DNA from: Candidatus Multivoradales bacterium
Lineage (GTDB): Bacteria; Acidobacteriota; Thermoanaerobaculia; Multivoradales; JAHEKO01
Reading direction: 5' to 3'
DNA length: 64,000 nucleotides
Assembly (NCBI GenBank): GCA_965248055.1
Contig: CBDFIJ010000004.1
Location: 2,848,001 to 2,912,000 of the forward strand
The position numbers and the translations under genes are program-made. Below, piece after piece: positions 17,902-26,890 of the stretch (its first letter is position 1; the number at the start of each line of letters is the position of its first letter). The notes beneath the pieces were generated by a model, which saw only the letters and a list, made by a program, of their open reading frames with translations, did not search any database and was not told the origin of the DNA.

Positions 17902-18950
17902 GTCATCCCAGCGAAGAGCCTCTTCCTTATGTCATTCCGGCGGAGAACCTCCCCCCAGGTCATCCCAGCCAAGAAGTCTCTTCCAATGTCATCCCGGCGG
18001 GGGGAGGGAGGGGGGCCGGGATCTAGTGGCGTCAAGATACCGGCCTTGAGTCTCCGGCGCTGTTGCAGATCCCCGACCCCCAAACCCCCGCCCTACGGGA
18101 ATGACGACCGATAGGACCTTCCTCCGGTCATCCCGGCGGGGGAGCTTCCCCCCCTATGTCATCCCGGCGGGGGGAGGGAGGGGAGCCGGGATCTCGTGGC
18201 GTCAAGATACCGGCCTTGAGTCTCTGGCGCTGTTGCAGATCCCCGACCCCCAAACCCCCGCCCTACGGGAATGACGACCGATAGGACCTTCCTCCGGTCA
18301 TCCCAGCGGGGGAGCTTCCCCCCCTATGTCATCCCGGCGGGGGAAGGGAGGGGGGCCGGGATCTCGTGGCGTCAAGATACCGGCCTTGAGTCTCTGGCGC
18401 TGTTGCAGATCCCCGACCCCCAAACCCCCACCCTGCGAGGATGACGAGGAAGCGTCCGAGGGAGATGACGCTATGAAGTGCCTCAGACGGCATGACCATC
18501 GTAGGGACTCCCCCAAAGTCATCCCGGCGGAGAACCTCCCCCCAGGTCATCCCAGCCAAGAAGTCTCTTCCAATGTCATCCCGGCGGGGGAAGGGAGGGG
18601 GGCCGGGATCTCGTGGCGCCAAGATACCGGCCTTGAGTCTCTGGCGCTGTTGCAGATCCTCGACCCCCAAACCCCCGCCCTACGGGAATGACGACCGATA
18701 GGACCTTCCTCCGGTCATCCCGGCGGGGGAGCTTCCCCCCTATGTCATCCCGGCGGGGGAAGGGAGGGGGGCCGGGATCTCGTGGCGTCAAGATACCGGC
18801 CTTGAGTCTCTGGCGCTGTTGCAGATCCCCGACCCCCAAACCCCCACCCTGCGAGGATGACGACCGATAGGACCTTCCTCCGGTCATCCCGGCGGGGGAG
18901 CTTCCCCCCTATGTCATCCCGGCGGGGGATAGGGAGGGGGGCCGGGATCT
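17902..18950. repeat. Hierarchical array of GTCATCCC-tagged REP elements (about 170-bp REP-dimer units plus 28-29-bp head monomers)
   Basis: Unit heads at 17988, 18158, 18328, 18575, 18744, 18913; monomer heads at 17902, 17931, 17959; block starting 17931 repeated at 18518. Confidence 0.95.
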
Positions 18951-18998
18951 GTCCGGGGCCACCCTGACTCTCGCTGATCACTGGTCCCCAACCCGCGG

Positions 18999-20327
18999 TT
19001 ACCTTTTTCCGATGCCGAGTTGCTCAACCACCCAGGCGAAATCCGGCGCATGCATCGCGCCGGGCGTAGCCAGCCGAGCAATGCCCAATTCTTTGGCTAC
19101 TGCTTGTATTTCAGATGCGACCACAAGACTTGTTGTCTCACTGCCGCTGACGTTACTGCCAGGCAGGTCGGGGCCCGCTACCACGGAACCCACTAATTCA
19201 GGGCCAGCGACCGCCAGGCTCTGGATCTGACCCGCAACCGGTCGTAGCCGCTCAACTAGGCCTCCGACCCCAACTCCTCCGTGGACCCGCACGCATCGGC
19301 CTCCTGGAGACTCCTCGACCGCTTGATCTGGCGCGGCAGCGACCACCAAGCCTGTGGCTAGGGGTTGGTCGGAAACCGCTAGCCCTGCCGCTACCGCCGC
19401 GTCGCGAATTTGCCGCAGGGCGCCGAGTGTGGCTGCGCTGGCTGAAGGAGGAAGCTGGTCCGTTACTCGAGCCAAAGCACGCCCCAGGCTATGAACGATT
19501 GGTTCCGCCGGCCCCCAGGTGAGCACGGCATGGGGACACAAGCATCCCCGCTGGTCGAATCGAGCAATGTCCAGCGCGATGGCGTCGAGAATCGCCTCAT
19601 CGACTGCGGACTCCCCCAGGTAGACCAGCGACCAGCCATGCCCCTGACCGGAGACTGCGATGCCGGGCTCAGCTCCAGGCTGAAGCTGGTTGCTGAATTG
19701 CTCGTTGAATTGCTCGTTGAATTGGGCGACGGTGGCGTCCTCGCCATAAACAATTACCCGGTCGAAGTCGATTGCGTTGATGGTGTCAGAGGAGAGATCG
19801 ATCTCGTCCAAGATCGCGATCGCGTTTGTCAGCGCCGGGTCCAGCCGACACAGCACTTCCACCAGAAGGCGGGCGGTATGCGGCTCCCTGCGTGAGGGCT
19901 TGAGGATGACGGCGGAACCGTAAGCCAGGAGTGGCAGCAACGACTGGGCGGCGAGCCCGGGGACGCTGGCCGCCAGGACTACGAGGGTCACTGGCCGCGG
20001 GGATGCCGAGTTGCTGTCGCGGTCAGGACTCATCTCCGGTAGAGCACTCTCGGTCAGCGAACTCGCGGTCAGTCCAAACAGCAGGGTGGTGACGCTGTTG
20101 AGGACCGTCGCCGGATGCATCGCGACGCTGGCGGAGATCACCTCTAGGTTTTTCTCAATCGCCATTTGGTAGGCCGGGCAGGCTCGTTGCCACAACCGGC
20201 GCCACTCTTGGATCGTATGCTGGCCGGCTATCGGGCCAGCATTGCGTCGTAGTCGTTGGACGATCTGGCGCAACGATACCGACTCGTTGGAAGCAGAAGG
20301 GGCTGACTCTCTGGCTGGAGGGGGCAC
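18999..20327 (-). CDS. LuxC-like acyl-CoA reductase
   Basis: ILKPSRREP, VIVYG..ATV, GHGWS and DIARFDQRGC with catalytic Cys; downstream of luxE-like gene. Confidence 0.8.
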   Translation of the reverse strand: MPPPARESAPSASNESVSLRQIVQRLRRNAGPIAGQHTIQEWRRLWQRACPAYQMAIEKNLEVISASVAMHPATVLNSVTTLLFGLTASSLTESALPEMSPDRDSNSASPRPVTLVVLAASVPGLAAQSLLPLLAYGSAVILKPSRREPHTARLLVEVLCRLDPALTNAIAILDEIDLSSDTINAIDFDRVIVYGEDATVAQFNEQFNEQFSNQLQPGAEPGIAVSGQGHGWSLVYLGESAVDEAILDAIALDIARFDQRGCLCPHAVLTWGPAEPIVHSLGRALARVTDQLPPSASAATLGALRQIRDAAVAAGLAVSDQPLATGLVVAAAPDQAVEESPGGRCVRVHGGVGVGGLVERLRPVAGQIQSLAVAGPELVGSVVAGPDLPGSNVSGSETTSLVVASEIQAVAKELGIARLATPGAMHAPDFAWVVEQLGIGKR

Positions 20328-20357
20328 CGGAATGCTACTGGAAAGGCAACCTGTGGC

Positions 20358-21695
20358 TCAGCCTTCGGCGTCAGACGGCTGGTCCGGTTGCAATTGCCCG
20401 CTGAGCAATGAACAGCCGCGCAGATCGGCACCCACCGCGCGTCCGAGGAGCTGAAATCCTGGGCTGCCGTTACCGGTGGAGTCCTCTGATTGCAGAGTTG
20501 GCATTACACCTAAGTCTTGGGTCAAGACGTGGATCGAACTACTGAGGTTGGCCAGATCGAGCACCGTGATCAAGCCAGGCGTGCCGGGAGCGACTTCTTG
20601 TAAGGTGGCGGGGTCGAGAATGCGCACCCGTACCCAGTGTGGAGGGGCGAATAGCTCGGCACTCCGCAACTCCGGGTCGGGCAACTCGGAATCAGGCAAG
20701 ACGGAATCAGGTAAGTCGGCATGAGGATGCTGACCGCGTGCGTCTGCGGGCACTAGGTCTTCGGGAACTACGTCTGCGGGAACTAGGTCTTCGGGGACTA
20801 GGTCTTCGGGGACTATGTCTGCGGGAACTAGGTCTTCGGGGACACTGTAGAACTGACTGGTGAGCTCGGTCATGCCGTATTCACTGGTCACCGACTCCTC
20901 GCTCAGGTCCAAGTGGGTGGCAATCAGCGCCAAAATCTCGCCGCGATCGAGCGTCCGGGTCTCAGTTTTGCTGCCTCCAGTGTGTAAGACCACACTTCCT
21001 GGTGGCAGGCGAAAGCGCAGGCCAAACTTCGCCAAGCGTTCCAGAGCCTGCATCAGGGCCAAGGAAGTGGCGACGATGACCACCGGGCGGCCGCCCCGTT
21101 GCCCGGCCCCCAGCCAAGAGCGAAGCAGTCCGGCGTTCAGACCATTCTGTGACCACCCGTAGGCCGAACGTCCCGATCCGTAACTCGCCATGATGTGGTT
21201 GACCATGAACGCCAGGCTGGACTGTGGCGCCGCCTCGGGTGGCGGAACCAGAGACAAAATATCGACCCGTCCTGCTGGAACCCGGGCGCCGAAGGAGGCT
21301 TCGATAGTGGCGCGGTAGAGGTCCAAGAACGCGTGCGGGTGCTGGCTCGGACGACCGCTGGTGCCGCTGCTCAGAAATACTGTTTCCGCAGACCCGATGC
21401 CGATCTCCAGGTTCTTGTACGCCAGGGTCGGTAAAGCTGGGATTTGGCTCCAAGAGGTGACTTGTCCGGGGTCGAGATCGCGGTCAGCCCACAGCCGCTG
21501 CAACGGTTCGCTGAGGCTAGCCTGGGCTCGCCCAGCCGCTAGCGCCAGCTGGTTGAAGTCGCCCTCGGACTCTGACCGGATGAACCGGGTGATGGCGTCA
21601 ATCATCTGTGGGTCGATGGCGACGGGAGATTGCACCGCCGTATTCTGCCACGCGGCGACCGGTCGGGACATCGCTCGAGGCTGGGAACCCACCAC
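20358..21695 (-). CDS. LuxE-like acyl-protein synthetase with repeat insertion
   Basis: IPALPTLAYK, FLSSGTSG, HTGGSK, SEYGMTELTSQFY, DLAN..S, TQDLG, GR…LRGCS; true start may be a few codons downstream. Confidence 0.88.
   Translation of the reverse strand: MVGSQPRAMSRPVAAWQNTAVQSPVAIDPQMIDAITRFIRSESEGDFNQLALAAGRAQASLSEPLQRLWADRDLDPGQVTSWSQIPALPTLAYKNLEIGIGSAETVFLSSGTSGRPSQHPHAFLDLYRATIEASFGARVPAGRVDILSLVPPPEAAPQSSLAFMVNHIMASYGSGRSAYGWSQNGLNAGLLRSWLGAGQRGGRPVVIVATSLALMQALERLAKFGLRFRLPPGSVVLHTGGSKTETRTLDRGEILALIATHLDLSEESVTSEYGMTELTSQFYSVPEDLVPADIVPEDLVPEDLVPADVVPEDLVPADARGQHPHADLPDSVLPDSELPDPELRSAELFAPPHWVRVRILDPATLQEVAPGTPGLITVLDLANLSSSIHVLTQDLGVMPTLQSEDSTGNGSPGFQLLGRAVGADLRGCSLLSGQLQPDQPSDAEG
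20739..20843 (-). repeat. In-frame 15-bp x7 tandem repeat (VP[E/A]D[L/I/V/A]) inside luxE-like gene
   Basis: Protein reads VPEDL VPADI VPEDL VPEDL VPADV VPEDL VPADA; DNA units like actaggtcttcgggg. Confidence 0.9.
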
Positions 21696-21772
21696 ACCAA
21701 TGCGGCTCCTCTATAATGCGCCGCAGCCGCTTGGGCTCCAGATCGTTTCTTGTCAGCTGGCAGCGGTGATTG

Positions 21773-21809
21773 GCAGTGACGTTTAGCAGTGACGATTAGC
21801 AGTGACGAT
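21773..21809. repeat. 13-bp direct repeat x3 (agcagtgacgatt) between the divergent luxE-like and ferredoxin genes
   Basis: gcagtgacgttta gcagtgacgatta gcagtgacgat. Confidence 0.75.
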
Positions 21810-21847
21810 CGATAGGACAATCTTGAACTCAACTAGGCAATCCATCT

Positions 21848-22216
21848 ATGAGCGAGTTATTTCCCCACGACAAGAAAATCGAGGTCGATAAGGCACCCCG
21901 CGCCAAGGCCCCCAAGCAGTTGGCGGTGATCGATCAAACCGGTTGCACCGGCTGCGAGGCTTGCATTGCCTTCTGCCCGGTGGATTGCATCGAAATTGTT
22001 CCTGGGGTTGAGCACCGGGACTTTATGAAACTGGTGGAGGTCGATCTGGAGCGTTGCATTGGCTGCCAGCTGTGTGCTCGTTACTGTCCATGGGAAACCA
22101 TCGACATGTGGAGCTACGAAGAAGGGGTCGAGGTCGCGCCAGCGCTCACCGTACGTTCCTTGATTTATCAGTATGCCCCCGAGACCATGCACGAAGCCGC
22201 GGAAGCTTCCAACTAG
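21848..22216 (+). CDS. 2x[4Fe-4S] ferredoxin
   Basis: CTGCEACIAFCP and CIGCQLCARYCP. Confidence 0.93.
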   Translation: MSELFPHDKKIEVDKAPRAKAPKQLAVIDQTGCTGCEACIAFCPVDCIEIVPGVEHRDFMKLVEVDLERCIGCQLCARYCPWETIDMWSYEEGVEVAPALTVRSLIYQYAPETMHEAAEASN

Positions 22217-22225
22217 GGGAACGCG

Positions 22226-22432
22226 TTGGACGGAAAAATGTCGCCAAGTGACTCTCCCCAGCCGGCAGGAGTCGACACCGACTTCGATGCGGCATTGAGG
22301 GAAATCGTCAATCAAGTGGTGCGCGAGCGGCGCTTGACCGGCAACCAAATCTTGCGGCTCTCGGCGGAACTGCAGCGTTTGGGCATCCACCGCTTGATCG
22401 AGGAACGAAGCCAGAATCCCAAAACTCGGTAG
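22226..22432 (+). CDS. Small hypothetical protein
   Basis: 68-aa ORF filling the gap between co-directional genes, helical composition, typical codon usage. Confidence 0.5.
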   Translation: MDGKMSPSDSPQPAGVDTDFDAALREIVNQVVRERRLTGNQILRLSAELQRLGIHRLIEERSQNPKTR

Positions 22433-22462
22433 TCGCAGTTTGCTACCACCAGCACTTCTCAT

Positions 22463-23203
22463 TTGTTGGAACCCACCGCAATTCTCGGTCTGATCGCCGC
22501 TGGCCTCGCCGCCGGCTGGATCGGTGGAGCTCTGGGAATCGGCGGGGGAGTGCTGCTAGTTCCGGTGCTGCACTTAGGTTTTGGTTTGCCGATCGCCACT
22601 GCGGTGGGCACCAGTTTGTTGATGATTACCGCCACCGCCACTGCTGCTGGATTGGGCTATCTGCGGGGTGGCGAAGTCGACATGCCGTGGGCGGTGCGAC
22701 TGGGTGCCTTGGCCTTGGTTGGGGCCATCATTGCCAGCCGACTTGCCGCAGCCTTGGATCCGCGAACCGTGGCGATCTTGTTTTCCGTGGTGCTGGTTTT
22801 GGTGGCGGTGCGCATGGCCTGGCCGGAAAGCAATCGAGAAGAGCGACCACCGCGGCCTGGATTGGCGATGGCGACTATGCCGATAGCAGGGGTGGTGGCC
22901 GGTCTCTTGGGTGTCGGAGGTGGCATCGTCCAAGTCCCGGTGCTGCGGTTGCTGCTGGGCCGCTCGATGCGTAGCTCGGTGGCCACCAGTACAGTGATGA
23001 TCGGCTGGACCGCTGGCGTGGCGTCGATCGCCTACCTGCGCCGCGGTGAAATCGACCTCAGCGTTGTACCTTGGATTCTGGCTGGCGTCATGGCCGGGGC
23101 CTGGATCGCCCCAGGTAGTACTCGAAAAATTGGCGGACGCGTCCTGGAGCTGGGATTCGCCCTGGTGTTGCTGTGGACCGCCTGGAGGATGGCCGGTGGC
23201 TAG
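22463..23203 (+). CDS. Sulfite exporter TauE/SafE family protein
   Basis: Duplicated G.LG.GGG…VP motif, AVGTSL, about 8 TMs. Confidence 0.92.
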   Translation: MLEPTAILGLIAAGLAAGWIGGALGIGGGVLLVPVLHLGFGLPIATAVGTSLLMITATATAAGLGYLRGGEVDMPWAVRLGALALVGAIIASRLAAALDPRTVAILFSVVLVLVAVRMAWPESNREERPPRPGLAMATMPIAGVVAGLLGVGGGIVQVPVLRLLLGRSMRSSVATSTVMIGWTAGVASIAYLRRGEIDLSVVPWILAGVMAGAWIAPGSTRKIGGRVLELGFALVLLWTAWRMAGG

Positions 23204-23516
23204 TTCTCGCACAGCACCCCGAGAATCGGCGACCTTTGTCAGGGCTGCCCGAAGCCTGTTGGTTGTGGCTTGGTTTGCCCTCGCTTTGACTCAATTGCTC
23301 GGCGAAGCACCGGAAGCGGGCTGGAACTCAGTGTTGCGGTTGTTCGGGATTGCCTCGTTGTTGCTGGCACCGTGGATCGCCATTGTTCATTGGATTGCCG
23401 TGGATACCTCAAGATCTGATCAACAGGATGCAGCCTCGCCTGAAGCACACGCAGTCGCCCATTGGCCGTGGATTCTGGCCCTAATCATGCTCGCCATAAG
23501 TTCTGTAATTTCTTGA
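23196..23516 (+). CDS. Small membrane protein (possibly DUF1634-like TauE partner)
   Basis: GTG start with GGAGG upstream, overlaps tauE end, 3 hydrophobic segments. Confidence 0.55.
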   Translation: MASSRTAPRESATFVRAARSLLVVAWFALALTQLLGEAPEAGWNSVLRLFGIASLLLAPWIAIVHWIAVDTSRSDQQDAASPEAHAVAHWPWILALIMLAISSVIS

Positions 23517-23598
23517 AAACCTTCTTGAGGGGTAACCCGTATTGATAAGTGGAAGTAGGACAAAACACGCGCTGCTCCTACTTCCCCTCCTCCTTTGC

Positions 23599-23626
23599 AA
23601 AACCCGGCTCGAAAGAGCCGGGTTTT
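23599..23626. terminator. Intrinsic (likely bidirectional) terminator
   Basis: AAAACCCGGCTC-GAAA-GAGCCGGGTTTT perfect hairpin flanked by A/T runs. Confidence 0.85.
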
Positions 23627-23655
23627 CTTGTTGCTAGATAGACCTTGAACAAAGG

Positions 23656-26600
23656 TTGTTCGACACGTACCCTTCGTCCATGCCGCATGGCAAGTTCGGG
23701 TTGAAGCCAACCCACGAAGCTGTCAGGAAGTACTACCGCGCTCTGGAAGAAGCTGCGCAGCTCCATATCGACCATGAACTGGGCGTTAAACATGCCTTCG
23801 AGGGTCTCCTTGAACACTGCGCCAAGAGGTTCTATGGCTGGAACTTTGCCCGCGAAAAGACGGTTCGTCTCGGGGCCAAAACTCTGCGTCCAGATGGCTT
23901 GATTCTCGATAACTATGAACTCAGTCGCGGCTGGTTTGAAGCCAAGGACACCCAGGATGAGCTGACCAAAGAGGCCCGATCGAAGTTTGCGGTTGGCTAT
24001 CCCAAGCGCAACATCCTGTTTTGGCAGCCAGGGCGGGTGTTGTTGTTTCAAGATGGTGTTCAAGTTCTAGATGTTGACGCAACAGAGCCCCAACCACTGG
24101 TCGACGCGCTGCGGCTATTTTTCGAACATCAAGAACCGGACATCGACGAGTGGGAGCGAGCGGTAGAAGAATTCAAGGAGCGGATTCCTGAGTTGGCCGA
24201 CTCCCTGCTCAAACTTGTCCACGACGAACGTCCCAAGAACAAAGCTTTCCAGACCGCCTTCAAGCGTTTCTACGATCTCTGCAAGGTCTCTCTTAATCCA
24301 AACCTCTCCGAAGCGGCAGTGGAAGAGATGTTGATCCAACATTTGCTGACCGAGCGGATCTTTCGCAAGGTCTTCGACAACGACGATTTCCGGCGTAAGA
24401 ACGTGATCGCGGCGGAGATCGAAACCGTGATCGATGCCCTAACCTCCAAGAGCTTCTCTCGGCATGACTTTGTTAAGAAGCTAGACCGCTTTTACGCTGC
24501 GATCGAAAACACCGCTCTGTCGATTGGCGACTACTCGCAGAAGCAGGGCTTCCTAAACACGGTCTACGAACAGTTTTTCCAGGGATTCTCGGTCAAGGTC
24601 GCTGACACTCACGGAATTGTCTACACCCCACAACCAATCGTTGATTTCATGGTCAAGAGCGTTGACCAGCTATTGAAATCCGAGTTCGGCAAGGCGGACG
24701 GCCTGGCTTCGCCGGGAGTTCATGTACTCGACCCGTTCGTTGGCACCGGCAACTTCCTCCTCCGGGTGTTGCGGCAGATCGCCGACGGCAAGAAGACCAA
24801 CTTGCCAGAGAAGTACCTCAACGAGCTACACGCCAATGAGGTGATGCTGCTGCCCTACTACATCGCTTCGATGAACATTGAGCACGAGTACCTGGAATTG
24901 GCGGGCGAGTACCGCCCCTTCCCGGGGGTTTGCTTGGTGGACACCTTTGAACTCGCCGAGGATAGGCAGATGGGGTTGTTCACCGAGGCCAATACCGAGC
25001 GGGTGGAGGCGCAGAAACAAGCGCCGATCCGGGTGGTGATTGGCAACCCTCCTTACAACGTCGGCCAGGTCAACGAGAACGACAACAACAAGAATCGCAA
25101 GTACTCGGTGATTGATGCGCGGGTCAAGGAGACCTACTCCAAGGATTCCAAGGCTTCGAGCAAGTCAAAGCTTGATGACCCCTACATAAAGGCGATCCGT
25201 TGGGCCTCCGACCGCATCGGAGACCAGGGGGTCGTCGCCTTGGTCTCCAACAATGGTTTTCTGGATGGCATCGCCACCGACGGCATACGCCAACACCTGG
25301 AAGAAGATTTCGACCAGATTCACATCTTGGACCTGGGTGGCAACGTGCGCAAGAACCCCAAGCTCTCCGGAACCACCCACAACGTCTTCGGTATTCAAGT
25401 GGGAGTATCAATCAACTTGCTGGTCAAGACCGGCAAGGGGCAGGGTCCAGCGACCCTGCATTACTATCGCACGGATGAGTTCTGGCGGAAGGAGGACAAG
25501 TATAGGTATCTCGAAGAGGTGGGAGAGATCAATCATATCGATTGGAAGACTCTTGAGCCCGACGCCAAGCACACCTGGCTCACGGAGGGGATCGCGCCAG
25601 AGTTCGACACGATGCCCGTTCTAGGAAGCAAAGGTGCGCAAGAGCGGGGATTACTTAAAGACGTTTTTTTTCAAAGGTATAGCCTTGGTGTAAGCACCAA
25701 TCGAGACGTCTGGGCCTACAACTTCGATTGGGAACGGCTCGCTGCCAACATCCGAAAGACGATTGATGCGTATAACGGTCATGTGACTCGCTGGGCGGCA
25801 ATTGAAAGTGCTAAGCGAAAGCGCTCATTTATTGATCGTTTTGTAGACAATGATCCGAAGGAGATGGCTTGGAGTCGCGACTTGAAGCTGGATTTATTCC
25901 GCGAGAAGAGAGCTAAATTTAGAGAAGAAAAAATCCGACGATCTCTCTATCGACCCTTTTGCCGCCAGTTTCTGTTTCATGATTCGATTCTTAACGAAGA
26001 ACCCAGGCATTTCCACGAGTTTTTTCCGACGGCTGCTCGCGAACAAGAGAATTGTTGCGTGTCCGTAGGCGGATACGGACGAAAGGACTTTGCGGTCTTG
26101 GCGGGGAACAGCATCTTCGACCTAAATTTCTACGGTGACCCCCACCAAGTCTTTCCCTTCTACACCTACGATCCTGATGGCACCAATCGCAGCGAGAATC
26201 TCACCGATTGGGCTCTGGCGGAGTACCGCGCCCACTACCAAGATGACTCGATCTCCAAGTGGGACATCTTCCACTACATCTATGCATTGCTGCATCACCC
26301 GGCCTATCGCGAACGCTACAAGGTCAACTTGAAGAAATCCTTGCCGCGCATCCCCTACGCCCCGGTTTTTCATCCTTTTGCCGCAGCGGGGGAACGCCTG
26401 GCGGAATTGCACGTCGAATACCAGTCGCAAACCGAATATCCGCTGCAGGAGATCTGGAAACCGGATACCGCGCTCGACCTGCGCGTCGAGCGCATGAAGT
26501 ACAAACCGGCTGAGGGACGCATTGTCTACAACGATGTGCTGACCCTGGATGGGATTCCACCCACGGTCGAGGAGTACCGGCTCGGGAATCGTTCCGCGCT

Positions 26601-26781
26601 GGGGTGGGTGGTGGATCAATACCGGGTCAAGACCGACAAGCGTAGCGGCATCGTCAACGACCCCAACCGCGACGACGACCCGAAATCCATCCTGCGCCTC
26701 ATCGGGCAGGTGATCACAATCAGCCTGGAAACCGTGGAGATCGTCAATAACCTTCCCGATTTGGGTTTGCCCAGCGATTAA
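23656..26781 (+). CDS. Single-chain Type IIG / Type ISP-like restriction-modification enzyme (nuclease + N6-adenine MTase + C-terminal specificity domain, no helicase)
   Basis: N-terminal RPDG…WFEAKD (PD-ExK), GIVYTP, VLDPFVGTGNF (motif I), IGNPPY (motif IV), ISP-type tail YRPF, LPRIP, W..DQYRVKTDKRSGIVNDPN; likely start ATG 23680. Confidence 0.92.
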   Translation: MFDTYPSSMPHGKFGLKPTHEAVRKYYRALEEAAQLHIDHELGVKHAFEGLLEHCAKRFYGWNFAREKTVRLGAKTLRPDGLILDNYELSRGWFEAKDTQDELTKEARSKFAVGYPKRNILFWQPGRVLLFQDGVQVLDVDATEPQPLVDALRLFFEHQEPDIDEWERAVEEFKERIPELADSLLKLVHDERPKNKAFQTAFKRFYDLCKVSLNPNLSEAAVEEMLIQHLLTERIFRKVFDNDDFRRKNVIAAEIETVIDALTSKSFSRHDFVKKLDRFYAAIENTALSIGDYSQKQGFLNTVYEQFFQGFSVKVADTHGIVYTPQPIVDFMVKSVDQLLKSEFGKADGLASPGVHVLDPFVGTGNFLLRVLRQIADGKKTNLPEKYLNELHANEVMLLPYYIASMNIEHEYLELAGEYRPFPGVCLVDTFELAEDRQMGLFTEANTERVEAQKQAPIRVVIGNPPYNVGQVNENDNNKNRKYSVIDARVKETYSKDSKASSKSKLDDPYIKAIRWASDRIGDQGVVALVSNNGFLDGIATDGIRQHLEEDFDQIHILDLGGNVRKNPKLSGTTHNVFGIQVGVSINLLVKTGKGQGPATLHYYRTDEFWRKEDKYRYLEEVGEINHIDWKTLEPDAKHTWLTEGIAPEFDTMPVLGSKGAQERGLLKDVFFQRYSLGVSTNRDVWAYNFDWERLAANIRKTIDAYNGHVTRWAAIESAKRKRSFIDRFVDNDPKEMAWSRDLKLDLFREKRAKFREEKIRRSLYRPFCRQFLFHDSILNEEPRHFHEFFPTAAREQENCCVSVGGYGRKDFAVLAGNSIFDLNFYGDPHQVFPFYTYDPDGTNRSENLTDWALAEYRAHYQDDSISKWDIFHYIYALLHHPAYRERYKVNLKKSLPRIPYAPVFHPFAAAGERLAELHVEYQSQTEYPLQEIWKPDTALDLRVERMKYKPAEGRIVYNDVLTLDGIPPTVEEYRLGNRSALGWVVDQYRVKTDKRSGIVNDPNRDDDPKSILRLIGQVITISLETVEIVNNLPDLGLPSD

Positions 26782-26890
26782 GGACAGACTCGGGAAGAGA
26801 GCGGGCGAGCCCCGCCCATACGTTGTGGGCTTGTGCTGCCGGGTTTAGAGCGCCCTCTGCGGGCGCCTTCCCGTATTTGACGACTGTTTG

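Noticed and set aside
17902-18950. CRISPR array
   Set aside because: Inter-repeat segments are identical rather than unique spacers, the period is ~170 bp and no cas genes are present
17775-18981. Short ORFs on both strands within the repeat array
   Set aside because: They are translations of the repeat units with no RBS or coding bias
18999-21695. Bioluminescence operon
   Set aside because: luxA, luxB, luxD and luxG are absent from the window
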